Assembly: GCA_964016885.1 (NCBI GenBank)
Contig: OZ024759.1
Span: 36,766,001 to 36,830,000, forward strand
From: Eledone cirrhosa
Lineage: Eukaryota
DNA: 64,000 nt
Reading direction: 5' to 3'
Of the stretch, positions 12,489 to 22,492 are shown piece after piece; position 1 is the first letter of the stretch, and the number at the start of each line of letters is the position of its first letter. The position numbers were made by a program, and so were the translations under genes. The notes under the pieces are model-generated. The model was given only the letters and a program-made list of their open reading frames with translations, did no database searches and had not been told where the DNA came from.

Positions 12489-12938
12489 ATGTCACTGGAC
12501 CGAGATCTTTGGCGCTACACAGTAATAGAGAAGACCCGCCTTACCTAAGTGCAAAGTGAAACCTACTACAGTCAGTAGGCACCTCTAACAAAATACACCC
12601 CCGTCCCACTACCCCCACCCCATCCACACCACCCCTTTCAATGTAAAGTTATGTTGGTACCACAACATCCAGCCCAAAACAAATGAGGTCGTGTAGGTGT
12701 CACGTCAAAAAAACACACAGTCCACGCTGTAATGTGGCCGTGTAGGTAACACGGTAAGAACCTCCCAGTTCCACACTGTAAATGTGGTTGGTGTTAGGAA
12801 GGGCATCCAACTGTAGAAAACCCGCCAGACAGTCCTATGCGAGCAAGACAACCACTCTTGCCTCAAGTGGGAAAACTCCCGTCCAAACCCATGCGAGCGT
12901 GGAATATGGACGTTAAACGAAGATGATGATGATGATGA
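12488..12938 (+). mobile_element. RTE LINE extreme 3' end and 3' UTR
   Basis: [19 protein letters not shown] resembles the RTE C-terminus MTHDRDFWRHAV. Contains 'gttggtgttaggaagggcatcca' and a GGACGTTAAAC..(GAT)n tail. Confidence 0.85.
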
Positions 12939-13602
12939 TATATATATATATATACATATATGTATATATATATATGTATATATATATATACATATATGTA
13001 TATATGTATATATACGTATATATATGTATATACATATATGTATATATATATGTATATATATGTATATGTATATATGTATATATACATATATGTATATATA
13101 TATATGTATATATATGTATATATATATATGTATATATATGTATATATATATATATGTATATATATATATGTATATATATGTATATATATATATATAGTCT
13201 GGTTCAACCGGATTGGTCTGTCCCAGTCATTCATTGAGCAACATCGGTGAAGTTGGCACCCTTAACTCACGGTTGGGTGTGGATTCATTCATGTATATGT
13301 GTGTGTCCGCGTGTATCTGTGTGTTTCTAAATATATTGTTAATAACTCCCTCTGGTCGAGCAATCTTTGAAGTGTGGGGACTGCTGGAAAGCTTCCATTA
13401 CTCATACTTCTCGCCTCCTTCACCACCTCTTCTACGGCTTCGATATAAATACCCCCTCCGCCTCCGTGGTATTTTCTTCGGGGTTATAAGAGGCTTAGCT
13501 CTGTTTCTCGACCGTTATATCGCGTGACTATCTCCCCCTCCGCCTTTTGGGATTCTTTCTCACGTCGTGTAGACGCGTTCTTGAGACTAGTAAAATGAGG
13601 TA

Positions 13603-13692
13603 TCCTCTTGATAAGTCGGCAGACCTCGCAGGGACTCTATATCTTTATGATGTATTGTTTTTGTTTATGCCACGAAACTACGTAGTCGAGGA
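13603..13692 (+). ncRNA. Degenerate type I hammerhead ribozyme-like motif
   Basis: tcctc-TTGATAA-(helix II gt.ggca...tgccac)-GAAA-ctacgtag-TC-gagga. The core differs from CTGANGA at two positions. Confidence 0.45.
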
Positions 13693-13818
13693 ATCTAGGA
13701 GCAGTTTAGGTATGATACATTTTATTACTAATTATATCTAAATGTTTCTTCTCTCTTCATAATATATATATATGTATATATATATATGTATATATATGTA
13801 TATATATATATATATATA

Positions 13819-14657
13819 TAAAATATTAAAAAAATAATGAATAAAACAATGAAACAGTTCCTTATATTAAACAAAAAAAGTTCATTATTTAACGATCGTT
13901 TCTAGGACATATATGTGTTAGAATTGGCATGCATATTCAAAAGATCTATGTACAAAATTATACAAAATTATACAAACTATCAAATAGAATATACATACCA
14001 ACACATACATATGCCGTCTTCAGAAATAATGAAATATATTTATTGATAATAACAACAATTCAAAATTACAGGTCTGTTTGGGAACAGATTTTAAATAGAC
14101 CAATGAAATACATAAAAATATATCAAGAAAATACAGTTAGGTGTGTGTGTATATATGTAAGTAACTTCGTTCACAGATATGCATAAAAATGTATGTTCAC
14201 ATGCATACGCATGTCGAAAAAATGTATGTAAATACAAAAATTCAGGGCTAATGTCTCTGTATGTTTATAATCCACAGACAAAATACACATACGTATACAT
14301 ACATATATACACACTCATATATACACACATATATACATACATTCATACACACACACACATATACACATAAACATACACATACCCACGAACACACACACAC
14401 ACACATACACACACACACACACACATACGTATATATTATTATTATAACTATATGGATATTGAGGCGCACACATAAACACTGCCACATACACTTACATCTA
14501 GATGCAGAACTAAAAATAGGTAAGGGAGTAAGTAATTACAGAGGGTGTCAGACAACAGCCTATTTATAAAAATGTATCTATAAATTTAGAAATAAAAAGA
14601 AATATATTAAAAGAAATAAACAAGTAAAACATATACTCATACATAAAATACACACCG

Positions 14658-14724
<67 letters not shown>

Positions 14725-15211
14725 TATATATATACATACACATACACATACACACACACACATATATATACACACATACTCAGAACACGCATATATATAC
14801 ACACACATACACACATACATACACATACATATATATATACACACATATATATACATATATATATATACACACATACATATACACACACATATATATACAC
14901 ACACACACATACATATACGTATATATACATACACACACATATATCCATGTATATATATACACACAACCACACGCTCACACGCTCACACACAACTCAGACA
15001 TACATAAATATAGAGATATACATACATACACATATATATATATATACATATATACATACATATAAATATATATCCACACATATATATACACACATATATA
15101 TATATATATAAAAAAATAAATAAATACACACAGTCAGACAATTATGCACATATATACACATACATACACACATCTCTACAAATACATATACATACACATA
15201 CATACATACAC

Positions 15212-15278
<67 letters not shown>

Positions 15279-15493
15279 CATTCATACACACTTATTTACA
15301 TGCGCACATATGTATTTTTATACTCACATACAAACACACAAACATACATACATACTTACATACACATACATACATCCACGCTTACAAATACGAATAATTA
15401 ATGTCCTAGAAACGATCGTTAAATAATGAACTTTTTTTGTTTAATATAAGGAACTGTTTCATTGTTTTATTCATTATTTTTTTTAATATTTTA
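13819..15493. mobile_element. Penelope-like element remnant bounded by ~90-bp inverted repeats
   Basis: 13819-13910 is the reverse complement of 15401-15493 and includes the 3' half of the hammerhead. Interior is (CA)/(TA)-rich. PLE assignment is inference. Confidence 0.55.
13881..14033 (-). ncRNA. Type I hammerhead ribozyme-like motif with extended helix II
   Basis: Minus strand: ttcattattt-CTGAAGA-(~114-nt hairpin)-GAAA-cgatcg-TT-aaataatgaa. Perfect 10-bp helix I and palindromic helix III. Confidence 0.7.
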
Positions 15494-15625
15494 TCTTGAC
15501 TCTGTATTCCGTTTATCTTTCACCGAAAGTGATTTTTGAATGCATCTCTTCTTTCCATGATATCCGGATTACATTGAGTTCTTCATACGGATTGGACACT
15601 ACCGTAAACTTTTGGTAGATTTATC

Positions 15626-15676
<51 letters not shown>

Positions 15677-15698
15677 ATTTATGTATATATATGTATAT

Positions 15699-18176
15699 AA
15701 AACCCGACAACCACCTGATCACCTGATCACCTATAGATCAGGGGAGCACTCTAGTCAGTTAGATTTTATCCTCATCAGAGGACGTGACAGATGGACGGTC
15801 GTAAACACAAAAGCCTTCCCTAGTGAGGAATGTACATCCCAACATAGCTTAGTTGTCAGCGACCTCACGGTCAGAACTAGACGAGCCCTGAAACAGAGGC
15901 CAACCTGGAGAAGAAAGATCTGGAAGCTGAAAGTCCCCTCAACCAGTAACAGATTTAAAGATATTTTACTCAACGCCTACGACAGTAAAGAAGAACAGAT
16001 AGAGACATTTAACGTAGAAGAGAACTGGGAGTTCCTAAAAAATAACTTACTAGAGGCGACGGATGAGGTTTGTGGCTGGAGTAAGACCTCAAGCAGGAGG
16101 AGAGTGACTTGGTGGTGGAACAATAAGGTAGATGAAGCAGTCAAGGCCAAGAGACAGGCATGGAAAGAATGGAAGAACGGGGGGAGCAGGGTACATTACA
16201 TAGAGACCAAGAGGGAAGCTAGGCGACAAGTATACTTAGCTAGGAGGGAAGCAGAGGATAGAAAATTCAAGCATGTTTTACAACGTGAGGACCAGAAACA
16301 GGAGGTATTCAAGATTGCGAGGCAGTGTGTCAGAGATAGTTGTGATGTCATTGGAGAGAAGTGTATCCGGAATGATAAAGGTGAGCTTGCCCTCACAAGT
16401 GCTGAGAAGAAAGATGCATGGAAGAGTCATTATGATAGATTACTAAATGAGGAGAATGCATGGGAAGAAGAGACCCTACCCCACGTAGACCCTATAGAGG
16501 GACCAGCAGTACAAGTCAGCGGCAGCGTAGTAAGTAAGGCAATCAGAGATATGAAGATAGGGAAGGCAACCGGTCCATCGGGTATAGCTGCCGAGATGCT
16601 GAAGGCATCTGGGTCTGTAGGTCACACTATAACCACACGTATCGTTAACCAGGTAATACTAGAGGGGGCCATACCAAAAGATTGGTGCAGTAGCATCATT
16701 GTCAACTGCTACAAAGGTAAAGGCGATGCACTAGATAGAGGAAACTATAGAGGTATAAAGTTGATGGACCAGGTCATGAAAGTAACAGAAAGAGTTATAG
16801 CACAGCTGATTAGGGACCGGGTGAATATAGACGAGATGCAATTTGGGTTTGTACCAGGGAAAGGCACCACTGATGCGCTCTTCCTTGTGAGGCAATTACA
16901 GGAAAAGTACCTAGCTAAAAGTAAGCCACTCTACTTGGCATTTGTCGACCTTGAGAAAGCCTTTGATAGAGTTCCACGTGCAGTAATCTGGTGGGCTCTT
17001 AGAAAACTAGGAGTAGATGAATGGCTTGTGAAAGCGGTACAAGCCATGTATAGGGGAGCAGTCAGCAAAGTTAGGATTGGCAATGAGTATAGCGAGGAAT
17101 TTAGCGTACAGGTTGGGGTCCACCAGGGCTCTGTTCTTAGCCCTCTCCTGTTCATCATAGTCCTGCAGGCAATAACGGAGGAGTTTAAGACCGGATGCCC
17201 ATGGGAACTCCTGTATGCTGATGACCTCGCACTCATAGCTGAATCTATGGTAGAACTAGAGAATAAATTCCAAACCTGGAAGCAGGGACTAGAGAGAAAG
17301 GGCCTCAAAGTCAACATGACAAAGACTAAGGTCCTTATAAGTAGACGAGAAAACAGAACCCAGATCCCCTCAGGGAAATGGCCTTGCTCAGTATGTAGGA
17401 AAGGTGTAGGTAGGAACTCCATTCTTTGCCCCAAATGCAAACAATGGGTACACAAGAGATGTAGCGGGATCTCAGGAAGCTTAATTAAGAATGTAGGATT
17501 CACATGCAGCAGCTGTGCTGAAACAGCAAGCAAACAGCCACAGGAAACAAGTACCACCAATCTCTGGGAGGGCCCTGTAGAAACAGTAGACAGCTTCTGC
17601 TACCTAGGTGACCGAATTAGCAACGGAGGTGGGTGCTCAGAAAGTACAATAACTAGGGTAAGAACGGGATGGAAGAAGTTTAGGGAACTACTACCACTGC
17701 TAGCTGCAAAAGGCTTCTCCCTCAGAATGAAAGGCAGACTGTATGATGCGTGTATCCGAACAGCGATGTTGCATGGTAGTGAGACCTGGGCGCTGAAGGT
17801 GGAAGACTTACGTAGATTAGAGAGAAACGAAGCCTGCATGCTCCGATGGATGTGTAACAGTAATATACGTGAACGACAAAGCATAAATGAATTGAGAGAG
17901 AGACTGAGCATAAGAGGAATCAAATGCTGCGTGCAGGAGAGGCGGTTACGCTGGTATGGACATGTGATGCGTATGAAGGATGACAGCTGCATAAAAAGGT
18001 GCAGAGCACTAGAAGTTGATGGAAACCGTGGAGTGGGGAGACCCAAGATGACTTGGGATGAGGTGATAAAAGCCGACCTTACCCAACTACACCTCTCAAA
18101 GTCAATGACACACGACCGTGACTTCTGGCGTCACGCAGTAATACAGGGTACCCGACCTCCCATGGGTACATGCTGA
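15699..18176 (+). CDS. RTE ORF (partial endonuclease, reverse transcriptase, PHD-like finger); lacks its true start
   Basis: About 825 uninterrupted codons with NYRGIKL, QFGF, FVDLEKAFDRV, GVHQGSVLSPLLF, YADD (17214-17225) and YLG. The ORF-track N-terminus from 15612 runs through microsatellite and is spurious. Confidence 0.92.
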   Translation, partial: KTRQPPDHLITYRSGEHSSQLDFILIRGRDRWTVVNTKAFPSEECTSQHSLVVSDLTVRTRRALKQRPTWRRKIWKLKVPSTSNRFKDILLNAYDSKEEQIETFNVEENWEFLKNNLLEATDEVCGWSKTSSRRRVTWWWNNKVDEAVKAKRQAWKEWKNGGSRVHYIETKREARRQVYLARREAEDRKFKHVLQREDQKQEVFKIARQCVRDSCDVIGEKCIRNDKGELALTSAEKKDAWKSHYDRLLNEENAWEEETLPHVDPIEGPAVQVSGSVVSKAIRDMKIGKATGPSGIAAEMLKASGSVGHTITTRIVNQVILEGAIPKDWCSSIIVNCYKGKGDALDRGNYRGIKLMDQVMKVTERVIAQLIRDRVNIDEMQFGFVPGKGTTDALFLVRQLQEKYLAKSKPLYLAFVDLEKAFDRVPRAVIWWALRKLGVDEWLVKAVQAMYRGAVSKVRIGNEYSEEFSVQVGVHQGSVLSPLLFIIVLQAITEEFKTGCPWELLYADDLALIAESMVELENKFQTWKQGLERKGLKVNMTKTKVLISRRENRTQIPSGKWPCSVCRKGVGRNSILCPKCKQWVHKRCSGISGSLIKNVGFTCSSCAETASKQPQETSTTNLWEGPVETVDSFCYLGDRISNGGGCSESTITRVRTGWKKFRELLPLLAAKGFSLRMKGRLYDACIRTAMLHGSETWALKVEDLRRLERNEACMLRWMCNSNIRERQSINELRERLSIRGIKCCVQERRLRWYGHVMRMKDDSCIKRCRALEVDGNRGVGRPKMTWDEVIKADLTQLHLSKSMTHDRDFWRHAVIQGTRPPMGTC

Positions 18177-18477
18177 AGCATATAAACAATATGCCCCCCC
18201 CCCCCCACCGCAAGGTGGTCGTGGAGGTGCCACGGCAAAAAAGCACCCAGCCCACACTGTAAAGTGGACGTGTAGGCGCCACGAAAAAGCACCCAGCACT
18301 CACTGTAAATGAGGTTGGTGTTAGGAAGGGCATCCAGCTGTAGAAATCAAGCCAGATCAGTTCCTGTATGAGCAAGGCATGGTCAGCCGACCAGACACTG
18401 CCCACAACAGGACAACCCGTCTAACCCATGCTAGCGTGGAAGAACGGACGTAAAACGGTGATGATGATGATGATGAT
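15699..18477 (+). mobile_element. RTE-clade non-LTR retrotransposon, 5'-truncated, with complete 3' end
   Basis: APE C-terminal motif (TYRSG..SQLDFIL), RT domain, 3' UTR and GGACGTAAAACG..(GAT)n tail. Inserted in (TA)n. Confidence 0.95.
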
Positions 18478-18492
18478 ATATATACATATATG

Positions 18493-18551
<59 letters not shown>

Positions 18552-18557
18552 GAGGGC

Positions 18558-18606
<49 letters not shown>

Positions 18607-18609
18607 GAT

Positions 18610-18957
18610 GAGGGCACATGGCTTAGTGGTTAGAGCATTGGACTTGCAATCGAAAGGTTGTGAGTTCAATTCTCAGACCGGGTGATGTGTTGTTTCCTTG
18701 AGCAAGACACTTTATTTCACATTGCTCCAGTTTACTCAGCTGTAGAAATGAGATGATAGGGACTGGGGTCCCTACCATTCCACTGCAAAGTGGTCGTGGA
18801 GGTGCCACGGAAAAAAAGCACCCAGCACTCACTGTAAATGAGGTTGGTGTTAGGAAGGGCATCCAGCTGTAGAAATCAAGCCAGAATCAGTTCCCGTCCC
18901 ACCCTTGCAAGCAGGGAAAAAGTGGACGTAAAATGAAATGATGATGATGATGATGAT
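18610..18957 (+). mobile_element. Full-length tRNA-headed CORE-type SINE with RTE-derived 3' tail
   Basis: A box TGGCTTAGTGG, B box GAGTTCAATTC, CORE-like 'ttccttgagcaagacact', 3' part shared with the RTE UTR, (GAT)n tail. Confidence 0.88.
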
Positions 18958-18966
18958 ATATATATG

Positions 18967-19015
<49 letters not shown>

Positions 19016-19030
19016 GTATATATATATGTA

Positions 19031-19061
<31 letters not shown>

Positions 19062-19062
19062 T

Positions 19063-19402
19063 CATCATCATCATCATCATTTTACGTCCACTTTTCCCTG
19101 CTTGCAAAGGTGGGACGGGAACTGATTCTGGCTTGATTTCTACAGCTGGATGCCCTTCCTAACACCAACCTCATTTACAGTGAGTGCTGGTTGCTTTTTT
19201 TGCCGTGGCGCCTACACGACCACTTTGCAGTGGAATGATAGGGACCCCAGTCCCTATCATCTCATTTCTACAGCTGAGTAAACTGGAGCAATGTGAAATA
19301 AAGTGTGTTGCTCAAGGAAACAACACACCACCCTGTCTGAGAATTGAACTCACAACCTTTCGATTGCAAGCCCAATGCTCTAACCACTAAGCCATGTGCT
19401 TC
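19063..19402 (-). mobile_element. Second full-length copy of the same SINE, inverted
   Basis: Reverse complement of 18610-18957 with scattered substitutions. Confidence 0.88.
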
Positions 19403-19533
19403 CATGTATATATATATATATCCGGCCAAACCCTGACACATCAAACTTTCTTTCCTCTTTTCTATACAAAGTGTGAAACTAAGAAGACTTTTTGTACCTC
19501 TCTTTGTTGTCTCCTTGAACTATATATACACAC

Positions 19534-19567
<34 letters not shown>

Positions 19568-19651
19568 GCATATACACACACACACACACACATAAACACA
19601 CACACACTGTTATAGAAGCAGTTGTTATGTCAATGTTTTGTTGTTTCCTAG

Positions 19652-19738
19652 ATTGGTTTCAGTACCCGCAAGGTGAACCGTCATGTTGAGTTCCCCTTTC
19701 TCCTCGATATTGCACCGTTCTGCAGTTCTTTAAGCCAG
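19652..19738 (+). CDS. USP16/USP45: USP16/45 exon (KV..HV.FP..LD.APFC)
   Basis: cctag|ATT...CAG|gtaagt. IGFSTRKVNRHVEFPFLLDIAPFCSSLSQ. Confidence 0.95.
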
Positions 19739-21072
19739 GTAAGTGCAACACACAACTCCCCCCTCTTTATTTACACATTGGTGTGCACTCGTTTCATGTG
19801 TTGCACCTTTCTGCCATTCCTTGAGTCAGTCTTGTGTGACAACTGTCTTCTGTCCCTTCCCTATTTACATATTGGGTTATTGCCCCATTCTGCACTTATC
19901 TCGCGCGAGGTAAATGCAGCAGGCCCCCTTCCCCCATTCCTCGCATTCACACATGAGTTCACCTGCTACATATATTGCACCCTTCTGCAGTACCCGGAAG
20001 CAGTTAATCACCACAGGCACCCTTCCCTCATACTTGCACATCAGTGCATCAATTGCTTATCTTACACCGTTTTTTGGGCCTTCTTCTCTCCCCTTCTTCG
20101 ACCACTTATTTCTGAGAGAGTTATGGGGGCAGAGTCCTGAAACACTCCATCCAGCGGGTCATGCCAGAAGCAATCGTCTCCAATTGATCTGGCTGGATCT
20201 CCAACCTCATGGATGTTATCCAACTATCTTGCTCTGGATCTCCTACCTGTTGGTTTTGCCTGTAAAATCTCTCCAGCAATTCTTTCCTGAGAGATTCTAA
20301 CCACGTTCATAGTATCAGAGCTGTTATCTCTTAATTTGGAGAACTAGCTCTACCTGTGACTCTTTGATCACCGAGCTACACACTTTATCGAGTAACCTTA
20401 TTCCATAGTATCGGAACTGTCCCTTTTCTCCCCTTGTTTATATAATGGTGCACTCGTACCCTTCTCCAGTTCCTTGAACCACACTGCTCTTCCTCCACCA
20501 TATTTACACACTAATGCACCTACTGCACCTGCTACAATATCTAAACGGGGACCACAAGTTACTTCCCTTAATGTTACTAAAATATTGACGTTATCGAAAT
20601 ATTTCCATTAATATTACCAAAGAGTTACTTCCTTTGATAACAACGAAGAATTCTTTCCCTTTATATTAATGAAGAACTATTTCCCTGAAAATTGTTTAAC
20701 CCTTAGTATTTACATTACTCTGTCAAATACCATGTAACTATTCACGTTATTTTGAGTTTCGAATTGCCAGTTGTTACTTTAAAACTTTGTAAGTGTGATC
20801 TGTAACAACAAATACACACACATACACAATAGAACTGAGATCCTCTATTATTAAACCACCCGAGAACCCTGCATAGGTGTATGGGCTGTAACAACACATA
20901 TACATACACACATGGTAGAACTGGGACCCTTTATCATTAAAACAGCTGAGAAACTTCCATATGTCTGAGCACACGATAGAACTGGGACCATCTATTATTA
21001 CATCACCTGAGAAACCTGCATAGTTGTGGACTGTAAATTAATTTAATTTTATCCATTCAATTTTATTTTCAG

Positions 21073-21444
21073 TATGTCAAAGAAGGTCAGAAGAAAGTAC
21101 TTTATTCTTTGTATGGTATTGTTGAACACAGCGGCAGATTGTCTGGGGGCCATTACACTGCCTACATTAAAGTCTGCAAGAACAACTTGAATAAAGCAAA
21201 CAGCTTCCTGGCACAGAAGTGGTTGAACCCTAAGGAATACATCATGCAATACAGGGAGTCGTTACTGAAAGGGGAAAGCAACGTAGCTGAGAATCAGGAA
21301 GAGAAGGAAGAAGAAGTGGATGTTGAGAGCTTGGTACCATCGGGTAAATGGTACCATATCAGTGACACCCTTGTACGTGAGGTTCCTGAGTCACTTGTGG
21401 AAAAGGCACAAGCATACCTACTTTTCTATGAAAGGATTTATTGA
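21073..21444 (+). CDS. USP16/USP45: USP16/45 terminal coding exon (His box)
   Basis: ttcag|TAT. YSLYGIVEHSGRLSGGHYTAY...WYHISD...AQAYLLFYERIY* with TGA at 21442-21444. The 11 exons sum to 2304 nt (768 codons). Confidence 0.96.
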   Translation, partial: YVKEGQKKVLYSLYGIVEHSGRLSGGHYTAYIKVCKNNLNKANSFLAQKWLNPKEYIMQYRESLLKGESNVAENQEEKEEEVDVESLVPSGKWYHISDTLVREVPESLVEKAQAYLLFYERIY

Positions 21445-21510
21445 AATTTTCAACACCCCCACCCACAACCACTTTGTTTTTTTTTTTGTTTTTTTCTAAT
21501 TAGGAAAATT

Positions 21511-21524
21511 ATTAAAAAATTAAA
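21511..21524 (+). promoter_or_regulatory. Candidate polyadenylation signals (ATTAAA x2) of the USP gene
   Basis: ATTAAA at 21511 and 21519, about 70 nt after the stop and followed by T/GT-rich sequence. No transcript evidence. Confidence 0.3.
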
Positions 21525-21654
21525 GAAACAAAGAAAATTTTCTTCTTACTTTTTTTAAAATTTGTAATGTGTGTGTGTGTAAGCAATAATGTGTGTCTAT
21601 ATGTGAGCAAGATTGTGTGTGTGTAAATATATGAGCACACTGCTTAGCTTCACC

Positions 21655-22492
21655 TTAGGGTCATTGCCTTTGTGAGGTGCAATTCAGCAAGGTCAGCTTC
21701 TATCACCTCATCCCAAGTCTTCCTGGGTCTCCCACTCCATGGCTTCCATCAACATTGAGCATTCTGCACTTTTTTATGCTGCTGTCATCCTTCGTATGGA
21801 TCACATGTCCATACCAACATAATCTCCTCTCCTGCACACAGCATTTAAATAATAATAATAATGAAATTATTGTGTACAGTGCTCAGGTGCACTACAACTC
21901 ATCAAAGGTGCATGTATAGTACATAGAATAATGTACAAATGTCAGGAAAATGAACAGTGTATGAGTCATGATATAATAACAACAATAATAATAATGAAAT
22001 ATTGTGTACAGTGCCCAGGTGCACCACAACTCATCAAAAAGTGCATGTACAGTACATAGGGCAATGCACAAACATCAGTAAAATGAACAGTGCACGAGTC
22101 ATGATACACACGTGTGCATATGTATGGAAGGGGTACATCAGGTGTAGTTTTGGCGTATTTCGGGAAGCATGAGTGTCTTAAAGGATGCAGTGTCTCGGCA
22201 GCTAACAACTGACGCAGGCAGTTTGTTCCATGCTTCAGCAACTCTGAGCGTGAAAAAATGTCTACGAAAGTCATGGGAGCTGTGCTGTTTTCTGATTTTG
22301 TAGGCATGTCCACGTGTGTTAGACACATGGAGATCAAGATTCCTCTTATGCTCAGTCTCTCAGTTCATTTATGCTTTGCTATTCACGTATATTACTATTA
22401 CATATCCATCGGAGTATGCAAGCTTCATTTCTTTCCAATCTACACAAATCCTCTGTACACAATGCCCAGGTCTCACTATCATATAACACTGC
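21655..22492 (-). mobile_element. Decayed RTE 3' fragment, split by an insertion at 21847-22337
   Basis: 'cctgcacacagcattt' (to 21846) joins 'gattcctcttatgctcag' (from 22338), as in the reverse complement of 17905-17940. Minus-strand SETWAL...RLERNEAC.LRW.C. Confidence 0.85.
21847..22337 (-). mobile_element. CR1-clade LINE 3' fragment with duplicated 3' UTR
   Basis: Minus-strand TRGHAYKIRKQ...RRHFFTLRVAEAWNKLPASVV...FK is the typical CR1 ORF2 C-terminus. Two ~120-bp UTR copies each end in (ATT)n. Confidence 0.85.

Larger units (their letters stand above)
10976..13196. repeat. (TA)n/(TATG)n microsatellite tracts with embedded inserts
   Basis: Directly visible; source of the IYIY ORFs. Confidence 0.95.

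Noticed and set aside
18610-18690. tRNA gene-like sequence
   Set aside because: A and B boxes are present but there is no closed acceptor stem, and it continues into CORE and LINE tail sequence. It is a SINE head.
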